Shown here: positions 41,051 to 53,860 of the stretch, in pieces
How the letters are laid out: each line of letters opens with the position of its first letter
How positions within the stretch are numbered: the first letter of the stretch is position 1
DNA from: Octopus vulgaris
Lineage: Eukaryota
Reading direction: 5' to 3'
DNA: 64,000 nt
Assembly (NCBI GenBank): GCA_951406725.2
Contig: OX597823.1
Span: forward strand, 103,292,001 to 103,356,000
Notes under the pieces: model-generated
Told to the model about the DNA's origin: nothing
The model's database searches: none
Seen by the model: the letters and a program-made list of their open reading frames with translations, nothing else
Position numbers and translations under genes: made by a program

Positions 41051-41270
41051 ACTAGTGAAAAGTAATGTCCGTAGCCATTTCAACATGGCTGTTCCGTTCA
41101 AGTTGAATTTACTGCGATTTTTTAACCTGAAGAGTTGTAGCTGCTTAACGATGCACAGCTCTATCATTAACCAGCTAGAGGAGATGTCCTCTTCGGGTTA
41201 AATAAATCGCAGTAAATTCTGCTCGAACGGAACAGCCATGTTGAAGAGGCTACGAACATTACTTGCTAGT
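41051..41270. mobile_element. Fold-back MITE-like element with inverted arms of about 75-80 bp
   Basis: aagtaatgtccgtagcc..tcaacatggctgttccgttc..aatttactgcgattt..aacctgaagag is mirrored at 41188-41264. Confidence 0.7.
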
Positions 41271-41276
41271 ACAACT

Positions 41277-41324
<48 letters not shown>

Positions 41325-41329
41325 TTTTT

Positions 41330-41510
41330 AAACTTTTTTCTCTCCCTTTTTTTCTCTCCTTGTTTCTCTCCTTGTTTTTTTTCTGTGCCCCTTTCTGTAG
41401 AAGAGCGTAGGCTCGAAACGTAAAAGACTTTTTCTATTCCTGAGCGTTATATTAATACATCCGTTTGTTTTGTACACCACCTGTCTTCGTCTTTTGTTTT
41501 TTCGTGAACT
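41330..41510 (+). mobile_element. Penelope-like pseudo-LTR fragment with variant hammerhead-like motif at 41391-41426
   Basis: cttt CTGTAGA agagc-gtag-gctc GAAA c GTA aaag. Confidence 0.6.
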
Positions 41511-41548
41511 CTCTCTCTCTCTCTCTCTCCACACACACACATATATAT

Positions 41549-41607
<59 letters not shown>

Positions 41608-41614
41608 CATACAT

Positions 41615-41693
<79 letters not shown>

Positions 41694-41695
<2 letters not shown>

Positions 41696-41975
41696 GTTAA
41701 TCCAAACATAAAAACACCAAGAGAAAACACAACAACGCGAGGAGGTGGAACAAATATAGTATTACTGGATGCTCAGGAAGGAAAGGAAGAAGGAGGGTTT
41801 TACGTTTTGAGCGGAGCTCTTCGTCAGAAACATAGGAAAAGGAAAGATCCCCCGAAGGGAAGACAGAGGGAAAAAAATCGCCAACGGTACATACGCGGTC
41901 ACATTTTGAATGACCGGAAGGAAATGGGTGAAGAAAAGTTCTTTCAAAGACAGGAGAGTGCAAGAGGAGGTATGT
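41694..41975 (-). mobile_element. Penelope-like pseudo-LTR fragment with hammerhead motif at 41797-41831 (GAAA mutated to AAAA)
   Basis: gttt CTGACGA agagc-tcc-gctc AAAA c GTA aaac; same family as 13069 and 45612. Confidence 0.7.
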
Positions 41976-42779
41976 GTGTGTAAGTGTGGATATGTGCATG
42001 CGCGAAGGTCTGCGTGTGCGTGTGCGTGTGTGTGTGTATGTGTGCATTGATAACACGTGTTTGTGTGTGTGTGTGTGTGTGTGCGCGCGGTTGTGGCTGT
42101 TAATCTATGTGTGTTGTAGAGCTTAGTATTGTTTAAGGTCAAGGAAGAAGGAATTAAGAGTGGCTCTTGTGTCTATATATATATGAATATATATACACAC
42201 ACACACAGGGACACTGATGCACATACACACGCACATATATGCATATTTTCTATAGCTTGTCAGTTTGCGAATTGTGAGTGCGCAACTTCTTACCGCAATC
42301 CCTTTCTGCTTGCGCTGGTTTCTTGTCTCGTTCATTTTATGCTCTTATCCAATCTCTGAGGGAACAACTCCTTTTCTTTGTGGTTATTGTCTCAAACCTT
42401 TTGAATTCCTGGTACATCCTGGAAAGCAGCAGTGACTATTTGACAATGTCTTCTAAATTCGGGGTCAAGGTGATTTCTTAATGCAGTTTGCATGGCAATT
42501 GCGGGCCCTGTTATTCCGAGTCAGTGTAGACCTGTTAGTAGCGTTAGTTAATAAATATCACCATTCTTCTCAATATTCAAGTATTCCTACCCTTGACCCT
42601 GGCAAATATGTATACTTTTGTACATGCGGCTTATATTATACATATATATACAGTGAAAGTATATAAAAAATGATTTATATATTGTGAAGGTATATTAAAT
42701 ATAATTCATATATTATGATATATATATATATGTCATAATATATGAATGATATATATATATATGTATGTCATAATATATG

Positions 42780-42846
<67 letters not shown>

Positions 42847-43651
42847 TGTGTGTGTTTTCCAGCAACAGTTTTATATATATAGAACCTAATATCTATAAGA
42901 CTGTTGTACAAAAGGAATGCGAAAGTGTGTTTTATTGGCTTCAAGTGCTTCTAGCAGATCAGAGCAAAATTCAATCCTTCTCTTCTCAAAATTGATTGTC
43001 AATTGTCGAGGTACCCACTTTGCTCACACTCTACGATCCCTAAAGTCTTCCTCCATCTCAAGTAATGTATTGTGACCGCAATCCAGTTTTATTCATCAAA
43101 GTTTCCTCCGTCCAAGCACGTGCGCGGACCTCTCTCTTGACGAAGAGCTCAATTTAAAAAAAAATCCGTCTAATTGGCTTAAAACCGTTCCTGTATCAAA
43201 CACACAGATTGTTACTCGTCTGGGGATTTGTCAGTGGTTGTGACTGACGGTCTCTCATATCGTCATTTTGTCTTCAATGTTTGTTTCACCTTCTTTAGAC
43301 CTCTTCGTTTATCTGTGCACATTGCTCCTGTCAGCGATGTTATCTCCTTCAACAGCTATGGATGTCGGACAGCCTGCACACTCACTTCTTCAAGAACTCA
43401 TTATTTTTCAGCAATGAAGAAGAAGAAGAAAAAGAGTTACTATAAAAGAAGAGTTACTCTACCAATTTGTGCAATTTGAACAATCTGTGTCATTTTATAA
43501 AAAAGTTATGATTTCTTTGCATTACTTTCAATACAACCCACATATCAAATGTATATAAAATGCTAAATTAATTTCCAACACACTGTTCCCGTTTTGGGGG
43601 AACAGGTACCAGTGATTTTCCGGAACCTTTGGTTCCAAAGCCACTCCAGAT

Positions 43652-44045
43652 TCTTTTATTCTTCTATTCTTTTATTTGTTTCAGTCATTTGATTGCGGTC
43701 ATGTTGGAGCACCACCTTTAGTCGAGCAAATTGTCCCCAGAGCTTATTCTTTGTAAGCCTAGTACTTATTCTAGCGGTCTCTTTTGCCCAACCGCTAAAT
43801 TACGGGGACATAAACACACCAACATCGGTTGTCAAGCGATGTTGGAGGGACAAACACACACACGCAAACATACACACATACATATACGACGGGCTTTTTC
43901 CAGTTTCCGTCTACCAAGTCCACCCACAAGGCTTTGGTCGGCCCGAGGCTATAGTAGAAGACACTTTCCCAAGTTGCCACGCAGTGGAACTGAACTCATG
44001 ACCACGTGGTTGGTAAGCAAGCTACTTACCACAGCCACTCCTGCA
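43652..44045 (-). mobile_element. SINE family B, full length
   Basis: Colinear with 2699-3136. Confidence 0.85.
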
Positions 44046-44377
44046 CCAATAGCTACTTACCACACAGCCACATCGATTTTTTCGAACCAGGAGCGGTCAA
44101 ACCCTAAATTAGACGAATATTAAATGAAATACAGGTACTTGTATATTAGTATAAATATTAGTATAGATAATAAAGCTTAATGCGTAATGTACTGGTCTGT
44201 GCAAGATATTAATAAACCATGCTGGCGGCTGCAGACATTTGAGATCCCTGCTCGTAAATTAGGGCGGATTAAAAGAGTTTTCGGACCACCAGAGTCCGGA
44301 ATCTTTTATAATCCGAATTCTAATGGTCCGAAAAATCTGTAATGAACTTTGCTAATAATCTAGCCTATGATCTGTTG

Positions 44378-44592
44378 AAAGGCGGTGAGTTGGAAGAATT
44401 GTTGACACGCCGAACAAAATGCTTAGAAGCATTTCGTCCGTTTTTAGGTTCTAGTCCAAATTCTACCGAGGTCGACTTTGCCTTTCATCCTTCCGGGGTC
44501 GATAAAACAAGTACCAGTTGAGCACCGGGGTCGATGTAATCGACTTTCCTCCTCTCCCGAAATTGTTTGCCTTTTGCCAAAAATTGAAATCA
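44378..44592 (+). mobile_element. SINE family A, short-tail type
   Basis: aaggcggtgagttgg head, core gactttgcctttcatccttccggggtcgataaaacaagtaccag, tail aaattgtttgccttttgccaaaaattgaaatcaat. Confidence 0.8.
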
Positions 44593-44725
44593 ATGTACGG
44601 TGTGCTGAAATAATTCTGTAATGGGATGCATGTTATTATATATGGAATGCATAATGTATTTATTCAAAATCAGTTTCAGCTTATCTATTTTAGAATGCCA
44701 TTGATTTTGACCGAGCAAGAATGGT

Positions 44726-44824
<99 letters not shown>

Positions 44825-45298
44825 ATCAATAAAAATAATATGTCCTGGGGGAAGAAAGTAAATTATGTAGACTCAGTTGTTGTCTTATGGAATAACGGGT
44901 AAAATAACGTGGCAGTTTGTGTTAATGAGACACAAACAAATCTTATTCAGTTTGGGTAATTGAGAAATATCAAAAGATTGGGAAAATATCTCCAGAGATA
45001 AGTCAAACGATTGTTATACTGATAAATATCATTTGCAAAATAGTTTTGGACTGGGTGGAAATGGTAAATTTTATGCTATTATAGTTTGTCCTTCGTAAAA
45101 CTAAAAACGAGAAAATAAATTGATGTAAATCACGGATAAATTTTCGTAGATTTGATTCTAATCAATTCAGTATCTTGAAAAGAAGTGCAATTACGCACAT
45201 ATGCGTACGCTTGTGCGTGTGTGTGTGTAAATATACACACATAAATATACATCCTACGTATATACACATACGTGCATAGATACATACACACACAAGCA

Positions 45299-45527
45299 TG
45301 AAGGCGTGATGAAAAGTTCCTGGCTTTAAAGGTGCCACGAAAAGCCTGGTCAGAGGTCCAACCTCTCAAGAGTTCCAGCCCTGCTTCGAATAGTGGAAAA
45401 CGCGCCTGGCACGATGCATTACTTCAAATGGAGAATACTTTGAAGGCGAAAAAGTGTAAACATGTAAAACTGAGTGAATAAAATAACATTGCAAAATTCC
45501 GGACGGATTCTTCTGGGTACCTCCTCG
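45299..45527 (+). mobile_element. Mariner remnants: a transposase C-terminus with right TIR, preceded by a different TIR-like start
   Basis: CFE*WKTRLARCITSNGEYFEG; end gggtacctcctcg|TA; left tgaaggcgtgatgaaaagttcctggc. Confidence 0.6.
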
Positions 45528-45531
45528 TATA

Positions 45532-45611
<80 letters not shown>

Positions 45612-45617
<6 letters not shown>

Positions 45618-45830
45618 ATCCAAACAAGAAAACACAGAAAAAAAAAAGAGAAAAAAACAGCAACGCGAGGACGTGGAACAATTAAAGTATTATTGACGCT
45701 CAGGAAAGAAGGGAAGGAGGGTTTAACGTTTCGAGCGGAGCTCTTCGTCGGAAACAAGGAGAAGGAAAGATCCCAAGAAGGGAAGACAGAGGAAAAAATA
45801 TTTTTGCTGGTGGTGCTCAAGAGATCACAC
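45612..45830 (-). mobile_element. Penelope-like pseudo-LTR fragment with minimal hammerhead motif at 45721-45755
   Basis: gttt CCGACGA agagc-tcc-gctc GAAA c GTT aaac; 3' end gtttggattaac(ta)n is shared by all three family copies. Confidence 0.72.
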
Positions 45831-46099
45831 GTTGAAAGAACAGAAGTTGAGAGGTAGACGAATCATGATTTTTAAAAGCAAGAGAGTTTTAAAAAAAGGG
45901 AATGTGTGTGGGTGCGTGTTGTGTGTGTGTGTGTGTGCAAGGATGACAAGTGTGTTTGTGCGTGTGTGTGTGTGTGTGTATGTGTGGTGAATAATAAGCA
46001 ATGGCAAGTTAGCTGTGATAAGGCACTCCTTTATGACAGCTAGCTTGTTTGTATCCAGCCAGGTCAAAGCCAGGTCAAAAACAAAGGGGTATATGTATC

Positions 46100-47137
46100 A
46101 TGTGTGTGTTTTGTTTGTAGTGTGTGTGCGTGCATGTGTGTGTTCGTGTGTGTATGCGTAGAGTGTGGGTGTGTGGCGAGTAACTGCTTAACCTAGTGTA
46201 TGTGTGTGTGTGTGCTTGTACGTGCGTGTGTGTGTGTAGGGATGTATGTGTGGGTTCATTTGTGTGAGTGTGTATGTATGTACGTGTATGTGTGTGCGTG
46301 TATGTGTGCGTTTGTATGTGTTTGTGTGTATGTGTGCGTGCGCGGATAGGTGTATATTGTGCATGTATATCTGTCGGTGTGTATGTGAGTTTGTGTGTGT
46401 TTGTACGTATGTGTGTGTGAGTGTATAGTATATATATGTAAATGTGTGTGTGTGTGCGCGTGTGTGTACGTGCGTGCGAGTGAATGTATGTATATATGTG
46501 TGCGTGTGTGTACAATGTAGAGGCTTATATGTGTTTATATGTTTATATGTGTGTGTGTATGTATGTGTGTATGTGTGTGTATGTGTATGTATGTATGTAT
46601 ATGTATGCGTGTGTGTATGTATGTATATGTGTATGTGTGTGTGTATGTATGTGTGTGTGTGTGTATGTGTGTGTGTGTGTGTGTGTATGTGTGTATGTAT
46701 GTATGTGTGTGTGTATGTATGTGTGTGTATGTATGTATGTACGTACGTATGTATGTATGTATGTATGTGTGTGTGTGTAAGTGTGTGTGTATGTATGTAT
46801 GTATGTACGTATGTGTGTATGTATGTATTTATGCATGCGTGTATGTGTGTATGTGCGTGTGTGTACATATGTATGTATATGTATGTGTGTGTATGTATGT
46901 ATGTATGTATCTATGTATGTAGTGTATGTATGTAGTGTATGTATGTATGCATGTGTGCATGCGTGTATGTGTGTATGTGTGTGTGTATGTATGTATGTAT
47001 ATATATGTATGTGTGTGTATGTGTGTGTGTGTGTGTGTGTATGTGTGTGTATGTATGTGCGTATGTATGTATGTATGTATGTATGTATGTATGTATGTAT
47101 GTGTGTGTATGTGTGTGTGTATGTGTGTGTATGTATG

Positions 47138-47168
<31 letters not shown>

Positions 47169-48205
47169 GTGTGTGTGTGTATGTATGTACGGGTGTATGT
47201 GTGTAAGTGTGTGTGTGTATGTGTATGTGTATGTATGTATGTATGTATATGTACGCGTGTGTGTATGTATGTATGTATGTGTGTATGTGTATGTGTGTAT
47301 AGTATGATGTATGTGTGTGTGTGCATGTATGTGTATATATGTATGTGTGCATGCGTGTATGTGTGCATGTGTGTGTCTGTATGTATGTATGTATATGTAT
47401 GTGTGTGTGTATGTATATATGTGTCTATGTATGTATGTGTGTATGTATGTGTGTATGTGTGTGTGTATGTATGTATGTAAGTGTGTGTGTGTATGTATGT
47501 GCATATGTATGTGTGTGTGTATGTATGTATATATATGTATGTATGTGTGCATGCGTGTATGTGTGTATGTGCGTGTGTGTACGTATGTGTGTATATGTAT
47601 GTGTGTGTGTATGTATATGTATGTGTGTGTGTATGTGTGTATGTATCTATGTATGTGTGTATGTGTGTGTGTGTATGTATATGTGTATTCGTGTATGTGT
47701 GTATGTGTGTGTGTATGTACGTATATATATGTATGTGTGTGTATGTGTGTATGTGTGTGTATGTGTGTGTATGTGTGTATGTATGTGTATGTGTGTGTGT
47801 GTATGTGTGTATGTATGTGTGTATGTATGTATGTATGTATGTATGTATGTATGTATGTATGTATGAGTGTACGTGTGTATATGTATGTATGTATATGTGT
47901 GTATGTATGTGTGCGTGCGTGTGTGTGTGGGTATGTGTGTATGTATATGTGTGTGTGTGTATGTATGTATGTATGTATGTGTGTATGTATATGTGTGTGT
48001 GAATGTATGTATGTGTGCATACGTGTATGTGTGTGTATGTATGTGTGTATGTATGTATGTGTGTGTATGTATGTTTGTGTGTGTGTATGTATGAATGTAT
48101 GTATGTATGTATGCGTGTGTGTGTATGTATGTATGAATGTATCTATGTATGTATTATGTGTGTGTACGTATGTATGTGTGTGTGTGAATGTATGCGTGTG
48201 TGTGT
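46100..48205. repeat. Compound (TG)n/(TATG)n microsatellite of about 2.1 kb
   Basis: Direct inspection; internal block duplications near 46835 and 47550. Confidence 0.95.
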
Positions 48206-48464
48206 GGGGGGGTTTGGAGTTGTGTGGGCGTAAGGTACATGCGCGTGCTTGTGTGCGTGTGTGCTCTTACGTGCGTGTATCTGTGTGTCTCAGCTAGGTG
48301 TTTATAGGAGTGTGCTTATCTGTATGAGTATTGTCCCTGGTGTGTGTGCAAGGGCATGTGTGTGTGTGCCGGTGGGGGTGTGTGTGGGTGTGTGGGTGGG
48401 TGTATAGGTGTGGAGGTATGTGTGCGTACATGTGATATATATATATATATATAGATAGATAGAT

Positions 48465-49394
48465 AGATGAATAAATAAATAAATAAATAAATAAATAAAT
48501 GGAGTTGAACGAAGATGTTAATAAAATTCCTTTACTTTTGACATATGTTTCGAAGACAACATGGTTTTATTCCAAAGGAATAAACGGTGTAAGATGCAAT
48601 CTTCTCATCAGGAAAGAAAGAGTGCCTCTCTCAACAACAAGACATTATAACATTTACGATGGCTGCCTACATGATAAACAGAACGTTATTAAGTATTTAA
48701 AAAAACCATTAGTAGATTTGACGTCAAAGGCAGATAGGAGTAGGAGAAGGGTTAAAAGGATAATAGGTAGAGAACAAATAGAGAGGGAGGGAAACGTTGA
48801 TTAAAAGAATGTTCAAAGGCTTAGGAAAAATTCCTCTATTGAATTGAAATGCAAGTTAAACTAATTGTTCAAACTATAATGACTGGCGAAATCACTTATA
48901 TGAGTAAAATGTATGTTTCTGCCAGTGTTTACATTTGTACGATCTCTCTATAAGTGTGTTTACAATTCCCTTTAACCCTTCTCCTTCTTCTATCTGCCTT
49001 TGACGTCAAATCTACTAACAGTTTTTTTAAATACTTAATAAGGTTCTGCTTATCATGTAGGCAGCCATCGTAAATGTTATAATGTCTTGTTGTTGAGAGA
49101 GGCTCTCTTTCTTTCCTGATGAGAAGATTGCATCTTACACCGTTTATACCTTTGGAATAAAACCATGTTGTCTTCGAAACATATGTCGGAGGTAAAGGAA
49201 TTTTATTAACAACTTCGTTCAACTCTATTTATTTATTCATCTGTAACACACAAATTACTGCTCATTAACCCGGAGTTTCTACCTTTGGATAGGTCGCTTC
49301 AACCGTTTTTCTGACGTGAATTTGCTACCCTGGTAATGGTTCATTGAATTTTCCATGTTAACGGTAAACATAGGATAATTCATTCACCCATCAA
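48465..49394 (+). mobile_element. Hammerhead-bearing unit with inverted arms of about 280 bp (48465-48760 and 48967-49242); motifs at 49111-49192 (plus) and 48535-48616 (minus)
   Basis: ctttc CTGATGA gaaga...tcttc GAAA catat GTC ggagg; the ORF track shows the same pseudo-peptide on both strands. Confidence 0.85.
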
Positions 49395-49432
49395 TATATA
49401 TATATATATATATATATTTCGATGGGTGAATG

Positions 49433-49550
<118 letters not shown>

Positions 49551-49651
49551 AATTTGAGGGAATATTATTCGAAACTAACGGAAAAATTCAATTTAGAAAT
49601 ACTAAATCAAATTTCACAAAATATAATATATATATAAATTAGAAAAAACCT

Positions 49652-49850
49652 CCTTTTATCAATTCAAAGTGAAAAATTAAATTACACCATCTAGAAAATT
49701 ACATATAATAGAAATATTAAATATAAGATAAAAAATATGCCGATGATTAAGTAATATGCAAAATAATAAATAAAACGTATATATTTGGTAGAATTATATG
49801 TAATTTTCTAGATGGGGAAATTTAATTTTTCATTTTGAATTGATAAAAGG
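49652..49850. repeat. 58-bp inverted repeat with a decayed hammerhead-like motif in the spacer
   Basis: Arms at 49652-49709 and 49793-49850; spacer has aaatatg CCGATGA ... aaaac gta tatattt. Confidence 0.7.
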
Positions 49851-49870
49851 TGTTATAATATATATTATAT

Positions 49871-49952
<82 letters not shown>

Positions 49953-49953
<1 letters not shown>

Positions 49954-50420
49954 CGAGATTTTGAGAAATCTCGAGTTGCACATGAGAAAGTAAGGAGGGA
50001 TGTCAGGAAGGGCATCGCTGTTACACTTCCAGATGGCAAGGATCTTCCTTTGATGCTGACTTGCAATGTCTGCGCAAGACCCTGCCTCAGTAAAGCTGGA
50101 CTAAAGAGTCATCTTTGTAGTCATAAAGCGAGACAGATGAGTGACAACCTGGCCACTGGTGGTGTGTAACACACCATACTAATCATATCTGTCGGACATG
50201 TGGAAGAGAGTGTAATTCGGCAGGAGGACTTAAACGACATGCAAAGGTACATGAAGCCCAGTTACAACTACAGCCAGCTATTACCGGTAAAGGTTTTGGT
50301 TGCCAATTCTGTACAAGACATTGTAGGTCTTTATCTGGGCTAAAAAGTCACATTCGATCACAGCACCATTAACAGTTAAGCTTCGTGCAATGGCCATACT
50401 CGATAATGAGGGCGCAGCCA
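49953..50420 (+). mobile_element. 5'-truncated RTE LINE 3' end, in (TA)n
   Basis: EKSRVAHEKVRRDVRKG...CNVCARPCLSKAGLKSHLCSH plus the same 3' UTR as the other two copies. Confidence 0.9.
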
Positions 50421-50819
50421 TATATATATATATATATATATATTATGTATATGTATAATGCATCTTTCTCTCTCTCTATGTATATATATATACATCTGCA
50501 CACATGCATGTATGTATGAATATGTGTATATAAATTCATATACATGTATGTATACATGTATATATATACATACACATATATGTATACATATGTGTGTACA
50601 TGTATATATATATATTATATACATACATAAATATGTATATGAACGTGTGTATGAGTATGTATGTATGTACACACAATTATTTAATTTGAATATTGAATAC
50701 AACAATACTGATATTGGAAGAAACTTAAGTATCTCGTTCTGTCCTTTATAAAGCGTACAGAGCGTGTTTCAACTCCCGATCATTCTTGCAGTTGATAACT
50801 GAACGTATGTCCTATTATT

Positions 50820-51310
50820 AGCTGATATTTTGCAGATTTACTGCTCTGATGACATCTACAATGCAGACGAAAGCGGATTGTAATACACAGTTGTTCCAAA
50901 TGGTACCCTTGTCCCCTACCAAAGGCAGAGAACATAAGCAGAAGCAAAGAAATATGTAAAGAAAGTGTTATGATAATAGAGGGGGTTTCCAACATGTCAG
51001 AAAATGACAAAAGAAAGTCACGAATGATCGTGAAAAGTAAAGAATTTAGACATATCCGTAGGAAGACACTTCCTCTAACCTATATAAAAAAAAAAACAAC
51101 CGCAAGAACGTCTGGTTAATTTGAGAAATATTTACCACATGGCTGAGAGAAGTCAGCAGAGAGATAACCTCTCACCGGAAGAAGAGAGACGTTGTATGGC
51201 TTGTTGACAATTGCATTGCCCACTCATTACTCGCAAATCTGAACTGGGACTGATGTTTCTTCTATCAAACGCAATAACAATAATTCAACCAGATGATCTA
51301 AATAATGGCA
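50820..51310 (+). pseudogene. pogo/Tigger DDE transposase remnant
   Basis: DDIYNADESGL, EIFTTWL, WLVDNCIAH, FLLSNAITIIQPDD match DIYNADETGL, LLVDNCSAH, FLPPNTTS.IQP.D. Confidence 0.8.
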
Positions 51311-51563
51311 CGCGTCTGGGGGGTTCGACAATGTGAGAAGCTGAGATGATGATGATCCTAGTCAGGACTGATTTAATCCGTCTTGGGTGGTCCTCGTACT
51401 TATTCAGGGGCTTCTTCCGCCCGTTCCTTACTGGGTCAGAGGAAAAGCTAGACCAGTAGGGCTGAGAGAGATAGCAGACGACAGGAGTTGTCAAGAGAGT
51501 CAGTAACACTTGCTTCTGATGAGGCTCCGCTCCGTTTGTAAGTTTCTGGATTACCTATGATTA

Positions 51564-51796
51564 GCTATTTCTTTACTGCCCACAAGGGGCTAAACACAGA
51601 GAGGACAAACAAAGACAGACACACGGATCAAGTCGATTATATCGACACCAGTGCGTAACTGGTACTTATTTAATCGATCCCGAAAGGATGAAAGGCAAAG
51701 TCGACTTCGGCGGAATTTGAACTCAGAACGTAACGGCAGACGAAATACGGCAACGCATTTCGCCCGGCGTGCTAACGGTTCTGCCAGCTCGCCGCC
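51564..51796 (-). mobile_element. SINE family A, long tail, full length with 17-18 bp TSD
   Basis: TSD (c)tggattacctatgatta at 51546-51563 and 51796-51813. Confidence 0.92.
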
Positions 51797-52197
51797 TGGA
51801 TTACCTATGATTATCTGCTGAGTTTATTTTTGGTTTGATCAAACACACAACCACGTGACTACGATATTACAAATACGCTGAAATTAGAATATAAGGATTC
51901 TTTGGGCAAAATTCTTGTCTCGACATCTGATGTTAGACTCTCTCTTTCCTAGAAATAATGAGAAATTTCATAGAAGAGAATATTTGTGAATATTTTTGTT
52001 GTTTTAGTTTTTATATATTTTGCACTCATTATGTTTTTGTAGCTTTATTTTAACAAATTTATAATTCGTTACCAGTTTTTGTATTTTATGATTTTTAAAT
52101 TTTAATAAGTTTTTATTAGCCTTTTTCTTTATTTCTCAGCAGTTTTATATTGTAACAGTTTTATATTTTAACAAATTTCGTATTTTAATGGTTTGTA

Positions 52198-52763
52198 TTG
52201 GGTTGTCCGGAAAGTTCGTGCCGATTTATAGCAGCTTACTTTTCGACTTATTTTAGAACATGGTTGAGTCCATAAAATAGGATTTGACTACACCTCCATT
52301 TAGAGCACAGTTCAAGCTATCTTTTCGTGGAAGAAGGTTTATGTTCCTATAACCTGTGTTAATTTTGTAACCCTTTAAAATGGAAGATAAGAAAGTTCAT
52401 TTTCGGCACTTGATGCTTTGGGAACCAGACAAAAATTGCTGCAGCTCGGCTGGGATGTGTTACCCTACCCTCCATATACACTAGATATTGCTCTTTCAGA
52501 TTTCCACTTATTTAGGTATCTGCAGAATAGTGTTAATTGTAAAAATTTCAATTCCTTGGATGATGTAAAAAGATACCTTGATGAATTCTTTGCCATTAAA
52601 ACACCTCAATTCTGGGAAGAGGGTATTTTCAAGTTAAAAGTAAGATGGAGACGCATTGTGCAACAAAATGGTTCATATTTGGGTGATTAAAAATGTAATG
52701 GCAAGTATTTATTGACCTTTTTCTTTCCTTTAAAAATCGGCACGAACTTTCCGGACGACCCAA
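52198..52763 (+). mobile_element. Internally deleted mariner (mellifera-like), 566 bp
   Basis: 30-bp TIRs ttgggttgtccggaaagttcgtgccgattt with 1 mismatch and TA flanks; MEDKKVHFRHLMLW is joined to TRQKLLQLGWDVLPYPPYTLDIALSDFHLF...QQNGSY. Confidence 0.92.
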
Positions 52764-53437
52764 TATATTTCTGTTCTTAATTTTTATGTTTTTATATTTT
52801 CACAGATTTTTTATATTTTCAACAGTTTTTACATTTTAACAGATGTTATAGTTTGACGGCTTTATATTTTAACAGCTTTCCAGGACGTTGCGAATCAGCA
52901 GTAGTTAGTGGACAATAAGATAAAATATATAAAAACAAATTCAAATCTAACGACAGGGTACCATAGTGACTTTTAAAATCTCAATTTCGAGCAAGCTACA
53001 AATTTATTTTCAATTCAGTTTATTACTTCTTGAGTTTTGCACAAGATATTGATTAAAACGTATTCATACCTTCTACTCCACGTAAGCTTTAAGTCTTATT
53101 AAAGGAAGTCGTAGAGCGATTAAATATAAATTTGAAGTCGATTTGTGATAAATTTTTCCAATACATTAAACAAGTATAATTTATTATAAACAACTTCAAA
53201 CCGACATTTCTGTAACAAAAAAGGAAAGGAAAAAATGAAGTAATATAAAACTTACTGTAAGTTGTTTTACAACAATACTGCACATATAGGCACAGGTTTG
53301 GCTATGAGGTTAGTTAAGAAGCTCGCTTTGCAGTCACATGGCTTTGGGTTCGATCCCACGCCCACCGATGCCTTGTGAATGAAGTTGTTACACGGAAACT
53401 GTGTGGTAACCCTGTATATCTGTGTGTGTCTGTGTGT

Positions 53438-53527
<90 letters not shown>

Positions 53528-53532
53528 GTGTA

Positions 53533-53613
<81 letters not shown>

Positions 53614-53734
53614 ACATACATACAAATATGCATGTATCAACCAAACTATCCGATGCTATTATATACCACCGGTCATAATGCGATTCTTCGCATCCAACAC
53701 CCGCTTGATGAGATGCCAGTTCATTGCAAGGTTA

Positions 53735-53860
53735 TCCACTGACCGCTGACTGAACTGGAGCAATGTGAAATGAAGCGTTTTGCTCAAACACAGACACATC
53801 ACCCGTCTGGGAATCGAAACTATGACCCCAAGACCTTAACCACTAGGCCACGCGCCTTCT
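53735..53860 (-). mobile_element. tRNA-derived SINE family D head
   Basis: gaaggcgcgtggcctagtggttaagg...gtttcgattccc...ttgagcaaaacgcttcatttcacattgctccag. Confidence 0.6.

Noticed and set aside
46075-48297. Long ORFs of HTYI/CVCM repeats (up to 369 aa), and similar YIYI, NNN and LLL ORFs throughout
   Set aside because: Translations of microsatellites that lack stop codons; no coding signal.
51516-51545. CTGATGA hammerhead core (another at 10215-10221, minus)
   Set aside because: No correctly placed GAAA, NUH site and closing stem I.
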